49,734 nt of DNA from Burkholderiales bacterium. GTDB taxonomy: Bacteria > Pseudomonadota > Gammaproteobacteria > Burkholderiales > SG8-41. Below are positions 9,284 through 18,990 of this stretch, in pieces. The stretch spans positions 1 through 49,734 of the forward strand of contig JBKJKJ010000415.1 of NCBI GenBank assembly GCA_046597455.1, read 5' to 3'. Numbering within the stretch: the stretch's first letter is position 1; each line of letters opens with the position of its first letter. The notes beneath the pieces were generated by a model. The model searched no databases, was not told the origin of the DNA, and was given only the letters and a program-made list of their open reading frames with translations. The position numbers and the translations under genes were made by a program.

Positions 9284-10155
9284 GCGCTTCCATTCTGTGC
9301 CAGCGTGACGCTTCATCCCACATCGGCCGTATCGTCATCCAGCGGGCCGACAAATCCAACGCGTTCACCATCGAGATGGTCAACGCCTTTCGCGAGGCGC
9401 TGAGCGAGCTGGAGCGCGACGACAGCATCAAGGTGATCGTCATCTGCGCCGCAGGCGAGAACCTGACGCGCGGATTCGATCCCGCGCAGGTCGAGCAGAT
9501 CTTCAAGTCAGCGCCAGGGGGCGCCAGCCGCAAGGTCCCCAGCCAGCGGGCGCGGCTCCTCGCATTGGACGCGCTGTGGTGGGGGCCGAACGGCCTTTAC
9601 GGACGGCTGTTGCACTGTCCCAAGATCACCATACTCGCCGCCAAAGGCCTGTGCCATGAAGTGGGCCTTTATCTCACGCTTTATTCGGATCTGGTGTTCG
9701 CGTCCGAAAACGCGCGTTTCGCCAATCCGAGATGGCGGCACGTCGGTGTCGATGGCGATATCTCCATGCTGGTTGCCGCGGTGGGTCTGAAGCGTGCCAA
9801 AGAGCTCATGTATTGCGGAATGGAGTGGTCCGCGCGGGACGCGCTGGCGTACGGTCTGATCGACGAGGTCGTGAGCGAGGCGAGCCTGGAGGAAACCGTC
9901 GACACGACAGCCGCGCTGTGCACCCAGGTCATGCGCGACGGCATCGTCACCGAAAAGCACGTCGTTTTCGCGTCGCTGGCAAAAATGCAGATCGATACGG
10001 GCCTCGCGACGGCGGCCGTGATCGGCGGCTGGGCGAGCAACGTGCATTTCCGTCCGGGCGAATTCAATTTCCTGCGGGAAGTGAAAAATTCAGGCCTGGA
10101 TGCCGCGCTCGATGCGAGCGACGAGTATTTCAAGCGCTGGCCACGAAAACAATGA
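9280..10155 (+). CDS. Crotonase superfamily protein (atypical)
   Basis: ATGA overlap; I.RADKSNAF, IKVIVI, PKITILAAKGLC, SDLVFASENARFANP, GLKRAKEL, GLIDEVV. Confidence 0.85.
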   Translation: MSASILCQRDASSHIGRIVIQRADKSNAFTIEMVNAFREALSELERDDSIKVIVICAAGENLTRGFDPAQVEQIFKSAPGGASRKVPSQRARLLALDALWWGPNGLYGRLLHCPKITILAAKGLCHEVGLYLTLYSDLVFASENARFANPRWRHVGVDGDISMLVAAVGLKRAKELMYCGMEWSARDALAYGLIDEVVSEASLEETVDTTAALCTQVMRDGIVTEKHVVFASLAKMQIDTGLATAAVIGGWASNVHFRPGEFNFLREVKNSGLDAALDASDEYFKRWPRKQ

Positions 10156-11387
10156 ACGTCCCGATGAAGTCTCCGACGCGTGCCCCGACGCGTGCCCCAC
10201 TGGCAGGTCTGCGTATCGTCGAAGTCTCTGCATTCATCGCGGCGCCACTTTGCGCGATGACGCTCGCTCAACTCGGCGCCGAAGTGATCCGGATCGATCC
10301 GATAGGCGGCAACATCGACTACAACCGTTGGCCCCTGGCGCCCAACGGGAACAGCATTTACTGGGCGAGCCTCAACAAAGGCAAGCAGTCGGTGACGCTG
10401 GCCCTGGAGACACCCGAGGGCCAGGACCTGGCTCGCGCGATCATGTGCGCGCCCGGCGCGAACGCCGGCATCGTCGTGACGAATCTGCCAGCGAAGGGAT
10501 GGATGAGTTACGAGGCCCTGGCGCAACATCGCGCCGATCTCATCATGATGCGACTCGTTGGGAACTTCGATGGCTCGGCTGCGATGGACTACACCATCAA
10601 CTGCGCGAGCGGTTTCCCGATCGCCACGGGTCCGAGCCGCGAACCCGTCAACCACGTGCTGCCCGCATGGGATGTCTCGGCCGGTCTGTATCTGGCGTTG
10701 GGCGTGCTCGCAGCCGAACGCACCCGCCAGCGCGAGGGTACGGGGCAGGAGGTGGTGCTCGCACTGTCCGATGTCATGCTCGCTGCCGTCTCGAGTCTGG
10801 GTTATGTCGCCGACGTCCAGATCAACGGCAGCTCGCGTGAGCCGATCGGCAACGATTTGTACGGCGCGTTCGGCCGCAACTTCAAAACGGCCGACCAGCG
10901 AGAAGTCATGCTCGTAGCCATTTCGGAGCGGCAGTGGAAAGCGATCGGCAAGGCGACGGGGCTCACCGTAAAATTCGACATGATCGGCCCACTCATGGAA
11001 GTCGACCTGGGCACCGAAAGCGGGCTTTTCACGGCGAGGCACGCCATTGCTGCAGTCCTGGCGCCCTGGTTTGCTACCCGCACGCTCGAGCAGGTCAAAG
11101 AGGCCCTCAACGGCTCCGGCGTGCTCTGGGGCGTCTATCTGGATTTCAGGCAGCTCGTCGACGAAGATCGCCGCTGCTCTACTGACAATCCGATGTTCAC
11201 GACGGTGGATCAGCCGGGCATCGGCCAGGTTCTGTCGGCGCGCTCTCCGCTCGCATTTACGCGCGATGACGTGCCGCAAGCCTGCGCGGCGCCGGTCCTG
11301 GGCCAGGACACGGCGTGCGTGCTCGAAAACCTGCTCGGTCTTGCGCCCGCAGAAATCGGCCGCTTGCGCGAGCGGCGCGTGCTGTGA
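10152..11387 (+). CDS. mct: Mesaconyl-CoA C1:C4 CoA-transferase (2-methylfumaryl-CoA isomerase)-like family III CoA-transferase
   Basis: SAFIAAPLCAMTLAQLGAEVIRIDPIGGNIDYNRWP, CAPG.NAG, DYTIN, VNHVLPAWD, LYGAFGR.F, CSTDNPMF: segments I recognise from Chloroflexus-type Mct; ATGA overlap with the upstream gene. Confidence 0.8.
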   Translation: MNVPMKSPTRAPTRAPLAGLRIVEVSAFIAAPLCAMTLAQLGAEVIRIDPIGGNIDYNRWPLAPNGNSIYWASLNKGKQSVTLALETPEGQDLARAIMCAPGANAGIVVTNLPAKGWMSYEALAQHRADLIMMRLVGNFDGSAAMDYTINCASGFPIATGPSREPVNHVLPAWDVSAGLYLALGVLAAERTRQREGTGQEVVLALSDVMLAAVSSLGYVADVQINGSSREPIGNDLYGAFGRNFKTADQREVMLVAISERQWKAIGKATGLTVKFDMIGPLMEVDLGTESGLFTARHAIAAVLAPWFATRTLEQVKEALNGSGVLWGVYLDFRQLVDEDRRCSTDNPMFTTVDQPGIGQVLSARSPLAFTRDDVPQACAAPVLGQDTACVLENLLGLAPAEIGRLRERRVL

Positions 11388-11516
11388 CGCAGCTTCACAG
11401 CTGTTGTTCCCGCCATCGAGCAGGAAACTGCCTGTCCCCAAGCTCTCCTGCGACGCAGCGGGTTTTGGGCGCGAAGTAACCACGAACGACGTCGCACTTC
11501 GATTGAGGTGAAAAGC

Positions 11517-12284
11517 ATGGATGCACAAACGCCGGTAACGTATGAAGTTCATGATGAAGTCGCGCTCATCACGATGCGCAGACCCGACAAGCTCAATGCG
11601 GTGAACGCTGCCATGCGAGAGGGCATCATCGCGTCCTTTCTGCGTTTCGAGGCGGATGAGGGTGCGAAAGTCGCCATCCTGACCGGCGAGGGCAAAGCGT
11701 TCTGCGCAGGTGCCGACCTGAAGGAGATGGCCGAGACCGGCAAGACGATCCCCGGCGCGAAAGCGATCCCGCATATCGGCCGCACCCTCAATATTTCCAA
11801 AGTGACGATTGCGCAGGTGAACGGCATCGCCTATGCGGGCGGTTTTCTGCTCGCGCAGATGTGTGATTTGTGCACGGCATCGGACAACGCGGCTTTCGGG
11901 CTGACTGAAGTGCGCTGGGGGCGGGGCGCGCCGTGGGCGACGCCGCTGATCTGGATGCTGCCGCAGCGCGTGATGATGGAATTGCTCGTGACAGGGGAGC
12001 CGCTTTCCGCGAAGCGTGCGTATGAGCTGGGTTTCATCAACCGGCTGACGACTCCGGAGCGCCTGGCCGAGGAGACGATGACGCTCGCGCGCACGATCAT
12101 CGCGAATGCACCGCTCGGTGTGAAGGCCGGACGCCAGCTCACGTATGCGGCGACGGAGATGGGGCGCTCGGCGGCTTTCCCGGTTGGGGACCTGTGCTTC
12201 GAGCAGTCCTATCGCAGCGAAGACGCGCTGGAAGGACCGCGCGCATTTCGCGAGCGCCGCGCACCCCAGTGGAAAGGACGTTGA
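11517..12284 (+). CDS. Enoyl-CoA hydratase/isomerase family protein
   Basis: ITMRRPDKLNAVN, ILTGEGKAFCAGADLKE, VNGIAYAGG, FGLTEV, EGPRAF.ERRAPQWKGR. Confidence 0.92.
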   Translation: MDAQTPVTYEVHDEVALITMRRPDKLNAVNAAMREGIIASFLRFEADEGAKVAILTGEGKAFCAGADLKEMAETGKTIPGAKAIPHIGRTLNISKVTIAQVNGIAYAGGFLLAQMCDLCTASDNAAFGLTEVRWGRGAPWATPLIWMLPQRVMMELLVTGEPLSAKRAYELGFINRLTTPERLAEETMTLARTIIANAPLGVKAGRQLTYAATEMGRSAAFPVGDLCFEQSYRSEDALEGPRAFRERRAPQWKGR

Positions 12285-12289
12285 CCGGC

Positions 12290-13666
12290 ATGTCGGTGCG
12301 CAAGCAAACGGTGCGAATCGGCTGCGGTGCGAGCTCGTGGGGCGACGACGTCGGCGAGCCGCGGGAGCTGCTAACGCGCGCGCCGCTCGACTACCTCATC
12401 ATGGATTACCTCGCGGAAATCACGCTCTCCATCATGAGGCGGCAGATGGACCGCGACCCGGCGAAAGGCTATGCCACCGATGTCGTCACCGTCATCCGCG
12501 ACATCCTGCCGCTGCTCGCGCGCAACGGGACCAAAGTCGTGACGAACGCGGGAGGCCTGAATCCCACCGGCTGCGCTGAGGCGATCTACCAGGTCATCGC
12601 GGACGCGGGGCTTTCAGGGCGAATGCGCGTCGCGGTCGTCGACGGCGACGATCTGATGCCCGGACTGGGGGAGCTCGCGAAGACCGTGCCGTTCCGGAAC
12701 TACGACGACGGTCGCCCGTTTTCCGAGGTGGCGGATCGGGTGCTGAGCGCCAATGCCTATCTGGGTGCTCAGCCCATCCGCGCAGCGCTCGACCTGGGTG
12801 CCGATATCATCATCACCGGCCGGTGTGTCGATGTGGCGCTCACGCTGGCGCCCCTCATGCATGAATTCGACTGGGCGAACGATGACTGGGACCGCATCGG
12901 TGCGGGCATCGTGGCGGGGCATCTGCTGGAGTGCGGACCGCAATCCACCGGCGGCAACCACCAGGGCTGGAAAGCGGTTCCCGGCCTCGAGCACGTCGGC
13001 TATCCGATCGTGGAGGTGAGCCGTGACGGCTCGATCGTTCTGACCAAAGCGCCCGGAACCGGCGGGCTGGTCAACTGCATGACGGCAACCGACCAGCTGC
13101 TTCACGAGATATTCGATCCGAAAGCCTTCCTTTCGCCGGACGCCACGGTGGACTGGACCTCGTTCACGCTCGCGGACGAGGGCGGCGACAGGGTGCGCAT
13201 CGCGGGCGTCCAAGGGGCGCCTCCGCCTGACACGCTGAAAGTGTCGATGACCTATCGCGATGGCTATCGCACGGTCCTCATGTGGCCTTACGCATGGCCC
13301 GATGCGCGGCTGAAGGCCGAAACCGCCATCCGCAAGATCCAGCACACCGTGGGCCGCCTTGGCCTGCGTCTCGACGCGACGCGTGCCGATATTTTCGGTA
13401 TGGGGGCGATACACGGTGAGCGCCTGAAAGCTGCGGGTTTCGAGTGCGGTGAGCCGCTGGAAGTGTTCGCGCGCTTTGCGGCGCGCAGCGCATGGCGCGA
13501 GGACATCCAGCGACTCGCCGCGCAGCAGGCGCCCATGCACAAAGGGCCGCCCGGGCTGGCGGGACAGCTGGCCGGCGGGCGAGGCGACGTGGCGCCGATT
13601 TACACGCACTGGCCGACGACCATACCGGTGGATCAGGTCTGGCCGCGAGTCATGATGTTGGATTGA
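12290..13666 (+). CDS. AtuA/DUF1446 family protein (large part)
   Basis: VRIGCGASSWGD, DYLIMDYLAEIT, NAGGLNP, SANAYLGA, DIIITGR..D, AGHLLECG.QSTGGN. Confidence 0.9.
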   Translation: MSVRKQTVRIGCGASSWGDDVGEPRELLTRAPLDYLIMDYLAEITLSIMRRQMDRDPAKGYATDVVTVIRDILPLLARNGTKVVTNAGGLNPTGCAEAIYQVIADAGLSGRMRVAVVDGDDLMPGLGELAKTVPFRNYDDGRPFSEVADRVLSANAYLGAQPIRAALDLGADIIITGRCVDVALTLAPLMHEFDWANDDWDRIGAGIVAGHLLECGPQSTGGNHQGWKAVPGLEHVGYPIVEVSRDGSIVLTKAPGTGGLVNCMTATDQLLHEIFDPKAFLSPDATVDWTSFTLADEGGDRVRIAGVQGAPPPDTLKVSMTYRDGYRTVLMWPYAWPDARLKAETAIRKIQHTVGRLGLRLDATRADIFGMGAIHGERLKAAGFECGEPLEVFARFAARSAWREDIQRLAAQQAPMHKGPPGLAGQLAGGRGDVAPIYTHWPTTIPVDQVWPRVMMLD

Positions 13667-13741
13667 GGGGGCATTTAATGGAGCACGCCGGACCTGAGCG
13701 CTCGAAGCATGCGCCCGGTACGGTGTCATGAGGAGAGCGAC

Positions 13742-14719
13742 ATGTTGCAGGCACGTGTTACCGGCTTGGCGTTGGCGTTAGTGTGGACCGGACTTCTCCC
13801 CGGCGGCGCCATGGCGCAGTCCTACCCCGAAAAGCCCGTGCGGGTGGTGGTGCCGTACGTGGCAGGCGGCGCGACCGATCTTTACGCACGCATCATCAGC
13901 AAGAACCTGGCTGAAGCGCTCGACAAGCAGTTCGTCGTGGACAACCGGCCGGGTGCCGCCACCATCATCGGGGCGCAGACCGTGGCTCAGGCACCGAAGG
14001 ATGGATATACGCTGCTGTTTACGGTGTCGGCCACATTCTCGGCCAATCCGCATCTGCACAAGAAGCTCCCCTATTCAGTCGACGACTTTTCACCCATCGC
14101 GATGGTGGGCAGAAGCGCGGGATGGACGATTTCGCTGCATCCTTCCCTTCCCGCGAAGAACATCAAGGAGCTGATCGCATTCGTGAAGGCGCGACCGGGG
14201 CAGGTCGTGATGGGCTCGCTGGGGCGCGGCAGTGGTCCTTACCTGGTGGGCAAGAGCTTCGAGCGCCTTGCCGGGCTCAAATTAATCGAAGTCTCGTACA
14301 AGGGGTCGGCTGACGCCATGCGCGATCTCATCGCAGGCCACATCGCGGTGTACTGCGACGGGCTCGCCGGCGCATTGCCGCAGCACCAGGCCGGAAAGCT
14401 ACGCATGGTCGCGATCTCGGGACCGAAGCGCTCGTCCCTCGTGCCGGAGGTGCCTACGCTTGCCGAGAGCGGCTATCCGGAACTGGCCCTGACCAATTTC
14501 TGGGCGCTGTTTGCGCCGTCGGGAACCTCGCCCGAAATCGTGAAGCGCCTGCACGCTGCGACCGTCAAGGCCGCGGAACAGGAGAACTATCGATCGCGGC
14601 TCATCGCGGAGGGTGTGGTCACGGAAACCAGCACGCCTGCGGGCCTGAGCGACATGGTCAAGCGCGATACGGAGACCTGGCGGCGTCTCATCGCGGCGCT
14701 CAATCTCGCGCCGGAGTGA
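13742..14719 (+). CDS. Bug/TctC substrate-binding protein
   Basis: Signal peptide, YPEKPVRVVVPYVAGGATD, VVDNRPGA, DGYTLL. Confidence 0.92.
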   Translation: MLQARVTGLALALVWTGLLPGGAMAQSYPEKPVRVVVPYVAGGATDLYARIISKNLAEALDKQFVVDNRPGAATIIGAQTVAQAPKDGYTLLFTVSATFSANPHLHKKLPYSVDDFSPIAMVGRSAGWTISLHPSLPAKNIKELIAFVKARPGQVVMGSLGRGSGPYLVGKSFERLAGLKLIEVSYKGSADAMRDLIAGHIAVYCDGLAGALPQHQAGKLRMVAISGPKRSSLVPEVPTLAESGYPELALTNFWALFAPSGTSPEIVKRLHAATVKAAEQENYRSRLIAEGVVTETSTPAGLSDMVKRDTETWRRLIAALNLAPE

Positions 14720-14828
14720 GGGCGGCATTTGCAAAGCGGTGAACGTGTATCCCAACGGCTAGAGACGCCTCCTGCGACACCGCACAAAAACGTAACGCCT
14801 GTTCGGCGCATCAATTTCGGAGACATGA

Positions 14829-15995
14829 ATGAATTTCGCCCTCACTGAAGACCAGCTCGCAATCCGCAGTGCCGTCGAGCAGATCTGCGCGCCATTCGAC
14901 GCCGAATACTGGCTCGAGAAGGATACCAACGGCGGCTTCCCCCACGATTTCCACAAGGCGTTTGCGGATGCGGGGTGGTTCGGCGTTGCCATGCCGGAGC
15001 AGTACGGCGGCGCCGGACTCGGCATCGCCGAAGCAGCCATCATCATGGAAGCGATTTCGGGTTCGGGCGCAGGCTTGTCGGGCGCATCAGCCGTCCACTT
15101 CAATATATTCGGCCTGCACCCGGTCGTGGTCTTTGGCAGCGACGCGCAAAAGTCGCGCTGGCTGCCGCCGCTGATCAGGGGGGAACACAAGGCGTGCTTC
15201 GCGGTCACGGAGCCGAACACCGGTCTGAACACGCTCAAGCTCAAAACGATGGCCGTGAAGAAAGGGGATCGCTACATCGTAAACGGCCAGAAGGTCTGGA
15301 TATCGACGGCCCAGGTCGCGAACAAGGTCCTCCTTCTTGCCCGCACGACGCCGATCGAGGAAGTGACGAAACCGTCGCGCGGATTGTCCCTCTTCTATAC
15401 GGACCTCGATCGCAGCAAGATAGAGGTTCGCGAGATCCCGAAGATGGGTCGCAAAGCGATCGATTCCAATCAGCTGTTCATCGATGGGCTCGAAATTCCC
15501 GAGGCGGACCGCATCGGCGAAGAGGGCCGCGGCTTCGAATACATCCTGCACGGGATCAACCCGGAGCGCGTGCTGGTGTCAGCCGAGGGCATCGGGCTGG
15601 GCCGCGTCGCGCTCGCACGTGCGACGAAATACGCCACCGAGCGCGTCGTATTCGATCGTCCGATCGGCAAGAACCAGGGGATACAGCATCCTCTGGCCGA
15701 GCGCTGGATCGATCTCGAAGCCGGCACGCTTCTGTATCAGAGAGCAGCGTGGCTTTACGATCAGGGCAGGCCCTGCGGCGCCGAAGCGAATGCGGCGAAG
15801 TTTTTCTGCTGTGAGGCCGCGTTTCGCGCGTGCGAAACCGCGGTGCTGACGCATGGCGGCATGGGCTACGCGAAGGAATATCACGTCGAGCGTTACTTCC
15901 GCGAGTCGATGATCTCGCGCGTCGCGCCGGTTTCGGCTCAGCTTGCACTGTGTTTCATCGCCGAAAAAGTGCTTGGCCTGCCGAAATCTTATTGA
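14829..15995 (+). CDS. Acyl-CoA dehydrogenase
   Basis: PEQYGGAGLG, CFAVTEPNTG, YIVNGQKVWIS, R..FDRPIGKNQGIQH, HGGMGYAKEYHVERYFR. Confidence 0.95.
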   Translation: MNFALTEDQLAIRSAVEQICAPFDAEYWLEKDTNGGFPHDFHKAFADAGWFGVAMPEQYGGAGLGIAEAAIIMEAISGSGAGLSGASAVHFNIFGLHPVVVFGSDAQKSRWLPPLIRGEHKACFAVTEPNTGLNTLKLKTMAVKKGDRYIVNGQKVWISTAQVANKVLLLARTTPIEEVTKPSRGLSLFYTDLDRSKIEVREIPKMGRKAIDSNQLFIDGLEIPEADRIGEEGRGFEYILHGINPERVLVSAEGIGLGRVALARATKYATERVVFDRPIGKNQGIQHPLAERWIDLEAGTLLYQRAAWLYDQGRPCGAEANAAKFFCCEAAFRACETAVLTHGGMGYAKEYHVERYFRESMISRVAPVSAQLALCFIAEKVLGLPKSY

Positions 15996-16007
15996 GTCGA
16001 GATCCGG

Positions 16008-16364
16008 ATGACACGTCGATTGCTCGCCGATATCGCATGGGCCCACTCGGGCGACAAGGGTGACTGCGTCAACCTCGGCGTGGTCGCCAGGGACCCGCGG
16101 GACTATCCGCTCTTGCTGCGGGAGTTGACCGAAGCGCGTGTGCTGGCGCACTTCAGCGACATCTGCGAAGGCGAGGTGCGCCGCTACGCGCTTCCGAATC
16201 TGCATGCCGTCAACCTGGTGCTGACGCGCATACTCGACGGCGGTCCGATGCGATCGCTGCGGATGGATCCCCAGGGCAAGACGCTGGGTGATGCATTACT
16301 TTTGATGCGGATCTCCGAAGAAGCGACTGTAGCCTCAGCCCCGGCGCCGATCCCGGGTACCTGA
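16008..16364 (+). CDS. AtuA-related small protein (stand-alone AtuA C-terminal domain)
   Basis: LADIAWAHSGDKGD..NLGV, V.RYALPNLHAVNLVL..ILDGG...SLR.DPQGK. Confidence 0.85.
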   Translation: MTRRLLADIAWAHSGDKGDCVNLGVVARDPRDYPLLLRELTEARVLAHFSDICEGEVRRYALPNLHAVNLVLTRILDGGPMRSLRMDPQGKTLGDALLLMRISEEATVASAPAPIPGT

Positions 16365-16414
16365 CAAGCGCCTGCCCGGCGAACCGCGCGCGACTCGGGA
16401 AGCGCACGGGGGCC

Positions 16415-17413
16415 TCACTCCGCCTTCAGTCCCATCTGCTTCGCCACCTGGCGCCATTTGACGGCTTCGCTCGCGATGTAGCGCGCGAAAGCTTCAGGCG
16501 TGCTCGTCACCACGTCGAAGCCGATCGCCGTCAGCCGGTCGCGCACTTCGGGAACGTTCGCGGCTTTGATCGTCTCGGCGTTCAATCGGCTGATGATGTC
16601 GCGCGGTGTGCGCGCCGGCGCGAGCAGCCCGAACCAGCCGACGGCCTCGAAACCCGGATAGCCCGACTCGGCAATCGTGGGGATGTCCGGTGCGATTCCC
16701 ATGCGCGTCGTGCCGGTGACGGCAAGCAGCTTCAGCTTGCCTGCCTTGGCGTGCCCTGCGACTGCGGCCATGCCGCTGAACATGATGCCGACCTGTCCGC
16801 CCACGAGGTCGATGACGGCCTGACCGCTGCCTTTGTACGGGATGTGATTCAACTTGACTCCGGCCGCGTGCTGCAGGAGCTCGGCGCTCATGTGGCCGAT
16901 GGTGCCGACGCCTCCGGATGAGTAATTGAGCTGTCCTGGCTTTGCCTTCGCCAGCGCGACGAGCTCTTTGAGCGAACCGGCTGCGATGGAAGGGTGAACC
17001 GCGAGCACGTTCGCCGACGCCGTGAGCTGAGTGATCGCCGCAAAATCCTTCAGCGGATCGTAGCCCACGTCACGCGAGATCGCGGGATTGGTCGCGAGTG
17101 TCGCAATGTATGCGAGGCCGATCGTGTACCCATCGGGGGCGGCACGTGCGACGATCTGCGTGCCGATGGCGCCGTTGCCGCCGCTGCGATTGTCGAGCAC
17201 GACCTGGTGACCAAGTTGCTCGCCGAGGCGCGGTCCGATCAGGCGCGTGATGGTGTCCGAGCTGCCGCCCGGTGCGAACGGCACCACCAGCCGGATCGGC
17301 CGGGTCGGATACGATTCGCCGCTGCGTTGTGCGCCCCATGCAGTGGTTGAACAGAACGCGGTGAGCGCAAGCGTGCACCAGGCCGTCGCGAGCATACGTG
17401 TGGATCGTGTCAT
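16415..17413 (-). CDS. Bug/TctC substrate-binding protein
   Basis: Signal peptide, YPTRPIRLVVPFAPGGSSD, DNRSGGNG, HIPYKG. Confidence 0.93.
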   Translation of the reverse strand: MTRSTRMLATAWCTLALTAFCSTTAWGAQRSGESYPTRPIRLVVPFAPGGSSDTITRLIGPRLGEQLGHQVVLDNRSGGNGAIGTQIVARAAPDGYTIGLAYIATLATNPAISRDVGYDPLKDFAAITQLTASANVLAVHPSIAAGSLKELVALAKAKPGQLNYSSGGVGTIGHMSAELLQHAAGVKLNHIPYKGSGQAVIDLVGGQVGIMFSGMAAVAGHAKAGKLKLLAVTGTTRMGIAPDIPTIAESGYPGFEAVGWFGLLAPARTPRDIISRLNAETIKAANVPEVRDRLTAIGFDVVTSTPEAFARYIASEAVKWRQVAKQMGLKAE

Positions 17414-17559
17414 ACCGGCTTTTTCCTCGTCAGTGCCTGGCCGATAGACGGCTGGCCAGGTCATCATGGGTTGTTTTCAGTTCGCCGTGCGAAATCCGAC
17501 GTGTCCGCACCACGGGCATGAGGGGGTTGAACGCACCGGGCCCGCTTTTCCGCTGCGTC

Positions 17560-17790
17560 GAAAGCGAGGCGGATGCAATCCCGCCCGACGTTACCACGAT
17601 GCCCTTGCCGGTGTCGCGCCGCCCGAACACGTGCCGTGAACTCGGTCCGCCGAGGATGTTGCGCGGCGTATGGCACTCGCCGCAGTGGCCGAGCGCCTGC
17701 GTGAGATATCTGCCGCGATCGAGCGCACCGGCAGCTTTCGCGTTGACGGTGTGCGGCCCCGGCGTTTTTTTTAGCACGACGGTGAGCTAC
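17560..17790 (-). pseudogene. Remnant of a multihaem cytochrome c (gluconate/alcohol dehydrogenase cytochrome subunit type)
   Basis: RGRYLTQALGHCGECHTPRNILGG, containing a CxxCH in its family-typical context; in-frame TAG just upstream, no signal peptide, similarity lost downstream. Confidence 0.65.
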
Positions 17791-17965
17791 GGCGAAAGCC
17801 GCGCGAGGGATATCCACAGGCGCACTGGGCCGTTTTCCGCCACGCGGATCGGGCCCGAGTGCGGCGGAACGTGCGAAACTCGGGAGAGCACGCCGTGCAG
17901 AGCGTGCGCATGATGCTGCGCAGTCCGCGCGGTATCAGGAATAATCTTCGAGCACCGGAGGAAAT

Positions 17966-18961
17966 ATGTACCGACGCCTTTACGACCGTTACGTCATAGC
18001 AGGTTTGTTAATTGCGGCCCCGCTCGTCGCTGCGAACACCGCGCTCGCCCAGGGTGCGGCAGCGTATCCGTCGCGGCCGATCCGTCTCGTCGTGCCTTTC
18101 GTCGCAGGCGGCAGCACCGATCTGGTAGCACGCGTCGTCGGCCAGAAGATGGCCGAGCAGTGGGGCAAGCAGGTCGTCATCGACAACCGGGCAGGCGCCA
18201 ACGGCATCATCGGCATGGAGATCGTGGCGCGTGCGGCGCCCGACGGCTACACACTCGTTCTGGGCTATGTGGCCAACCTCGGAACGGCACCGGCGCTCAA
18301 CGCGAAGCTGCCGTACGACCCGGTTAAAGACTACGCGCCTGTCAGTCACATCGTGAGCGCGCCCAGCATCGGCGTCGTCCAGGCGAGCGGGGGCGTGAAA
18401 AACCTGCAGGCTCTTATCGCGCTGGCGCGTGCGAAGCCTGCCGCCGTTTCGTTCGGAACGGCGGCGGTGGGAAGCATCGGACATCTTGCCGGCGAGTTGA
18501 TCAACCGCACGGCCGGCATCACCATGCAGCACGTGCCTTACAAGGGTGGCGGACAGGCCGTGACCGATCTCCTCGCGGGACAGATCCCGCTGGTCATCAT
18601 CGGCATGACTTCGGTGACACCGCACATACGCGCCGGACGGCTCCATCCGATTCTTACGACGGGCGCCAAACGCTCGTTCGCCTATCCCGACGTGCCCACC
18701 GTCGCCGAGCAGGGTTTTCCGGGTTTCGCGGCCGACGCGTGGTACGGCATTCTCGCGCCTGCCGGCACGCCGCGGGCTGTCGTCGACAAGCTGCACGCCG
18801 AAATCATTCGCGCGATCAACCTTCCCGATACGAAAGAACGTCTGGGCAACGTCGGTTTCGAGATCGTGGGCAGCAGCCCTGCGGGTTTCGCGAAGCTCAT
18901 ACGCGACGAGATTCCCAAGTGGACCAAGGTCGTGCGCGACTCGGGCATCCGCGGAGAGTAG
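17966..18961 (+). CDS. Bug/TctC substrate-binding protein
   Basis: GGAGG RBS, signal peptide, YPSRPIRLVVPFVAGGSTD, HVPYKGG. Confidence 0.93.
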   Translation: MYRRLYDRYVIAGLLIAAPLVAANTALAQGAAAYPSRPIRLVVPFVAGGSTDLVARVVGQKMAEQWGKQVVIDNRAGANGIIGMEIVARAAPDGYTLVLGYVANLGTAPALNAKLPYDPVKDYAPVSHIVSAPSIGVVQASGGVKNLQALIALARAKPAAVSFGTAAVGSIGHLAGELINRTAGITMQHVPYKGGGQAVTDLLAGQIPLVIIGMTSVTPHIRAGRLHPILTTGAKRSFAYPDVPTVAEQGFPGFAADAWYGILAPAGTPRAVVDKLHAEIIRAINLPDTKERLGNVGFEIVGSSPAGFAKLIRDEIPKWTKVVRDSGIRGE

Positions 18962-18990
18962 CTCGCGCCGGTCCGGTCGGCGTTGTTGTC

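Noticed and set aside
7961-10151. Long upstream extensions of the crotonase and mct ORFs suggesting overlapping genes
   Set aside because: Alternative frames of upstream genes; ATGA stop/start overlaps define the true starts
10173-10196. 12-bp in-frame duplication (PTRA PTRA)
   Set aside because: Lies in the unconserved N-terminal tail of the mct-like gene; probably neutral
10152-11387. Evidence for autotrophic 3-hydroxypropionate bicycle
   Set aside because: No mcr, pcs, mcl, mch or meh in the window; mct alone is insufficient
9681-11774. 697-aa minus-strand ORF and other long antisense ORFs (e.g. 12614-13729, 19648-20916, 31460-32515, 45025-46068)
   Set aside because: Shadow frames opposite well-supported genes in high-GC DNA; no recognisable motifs
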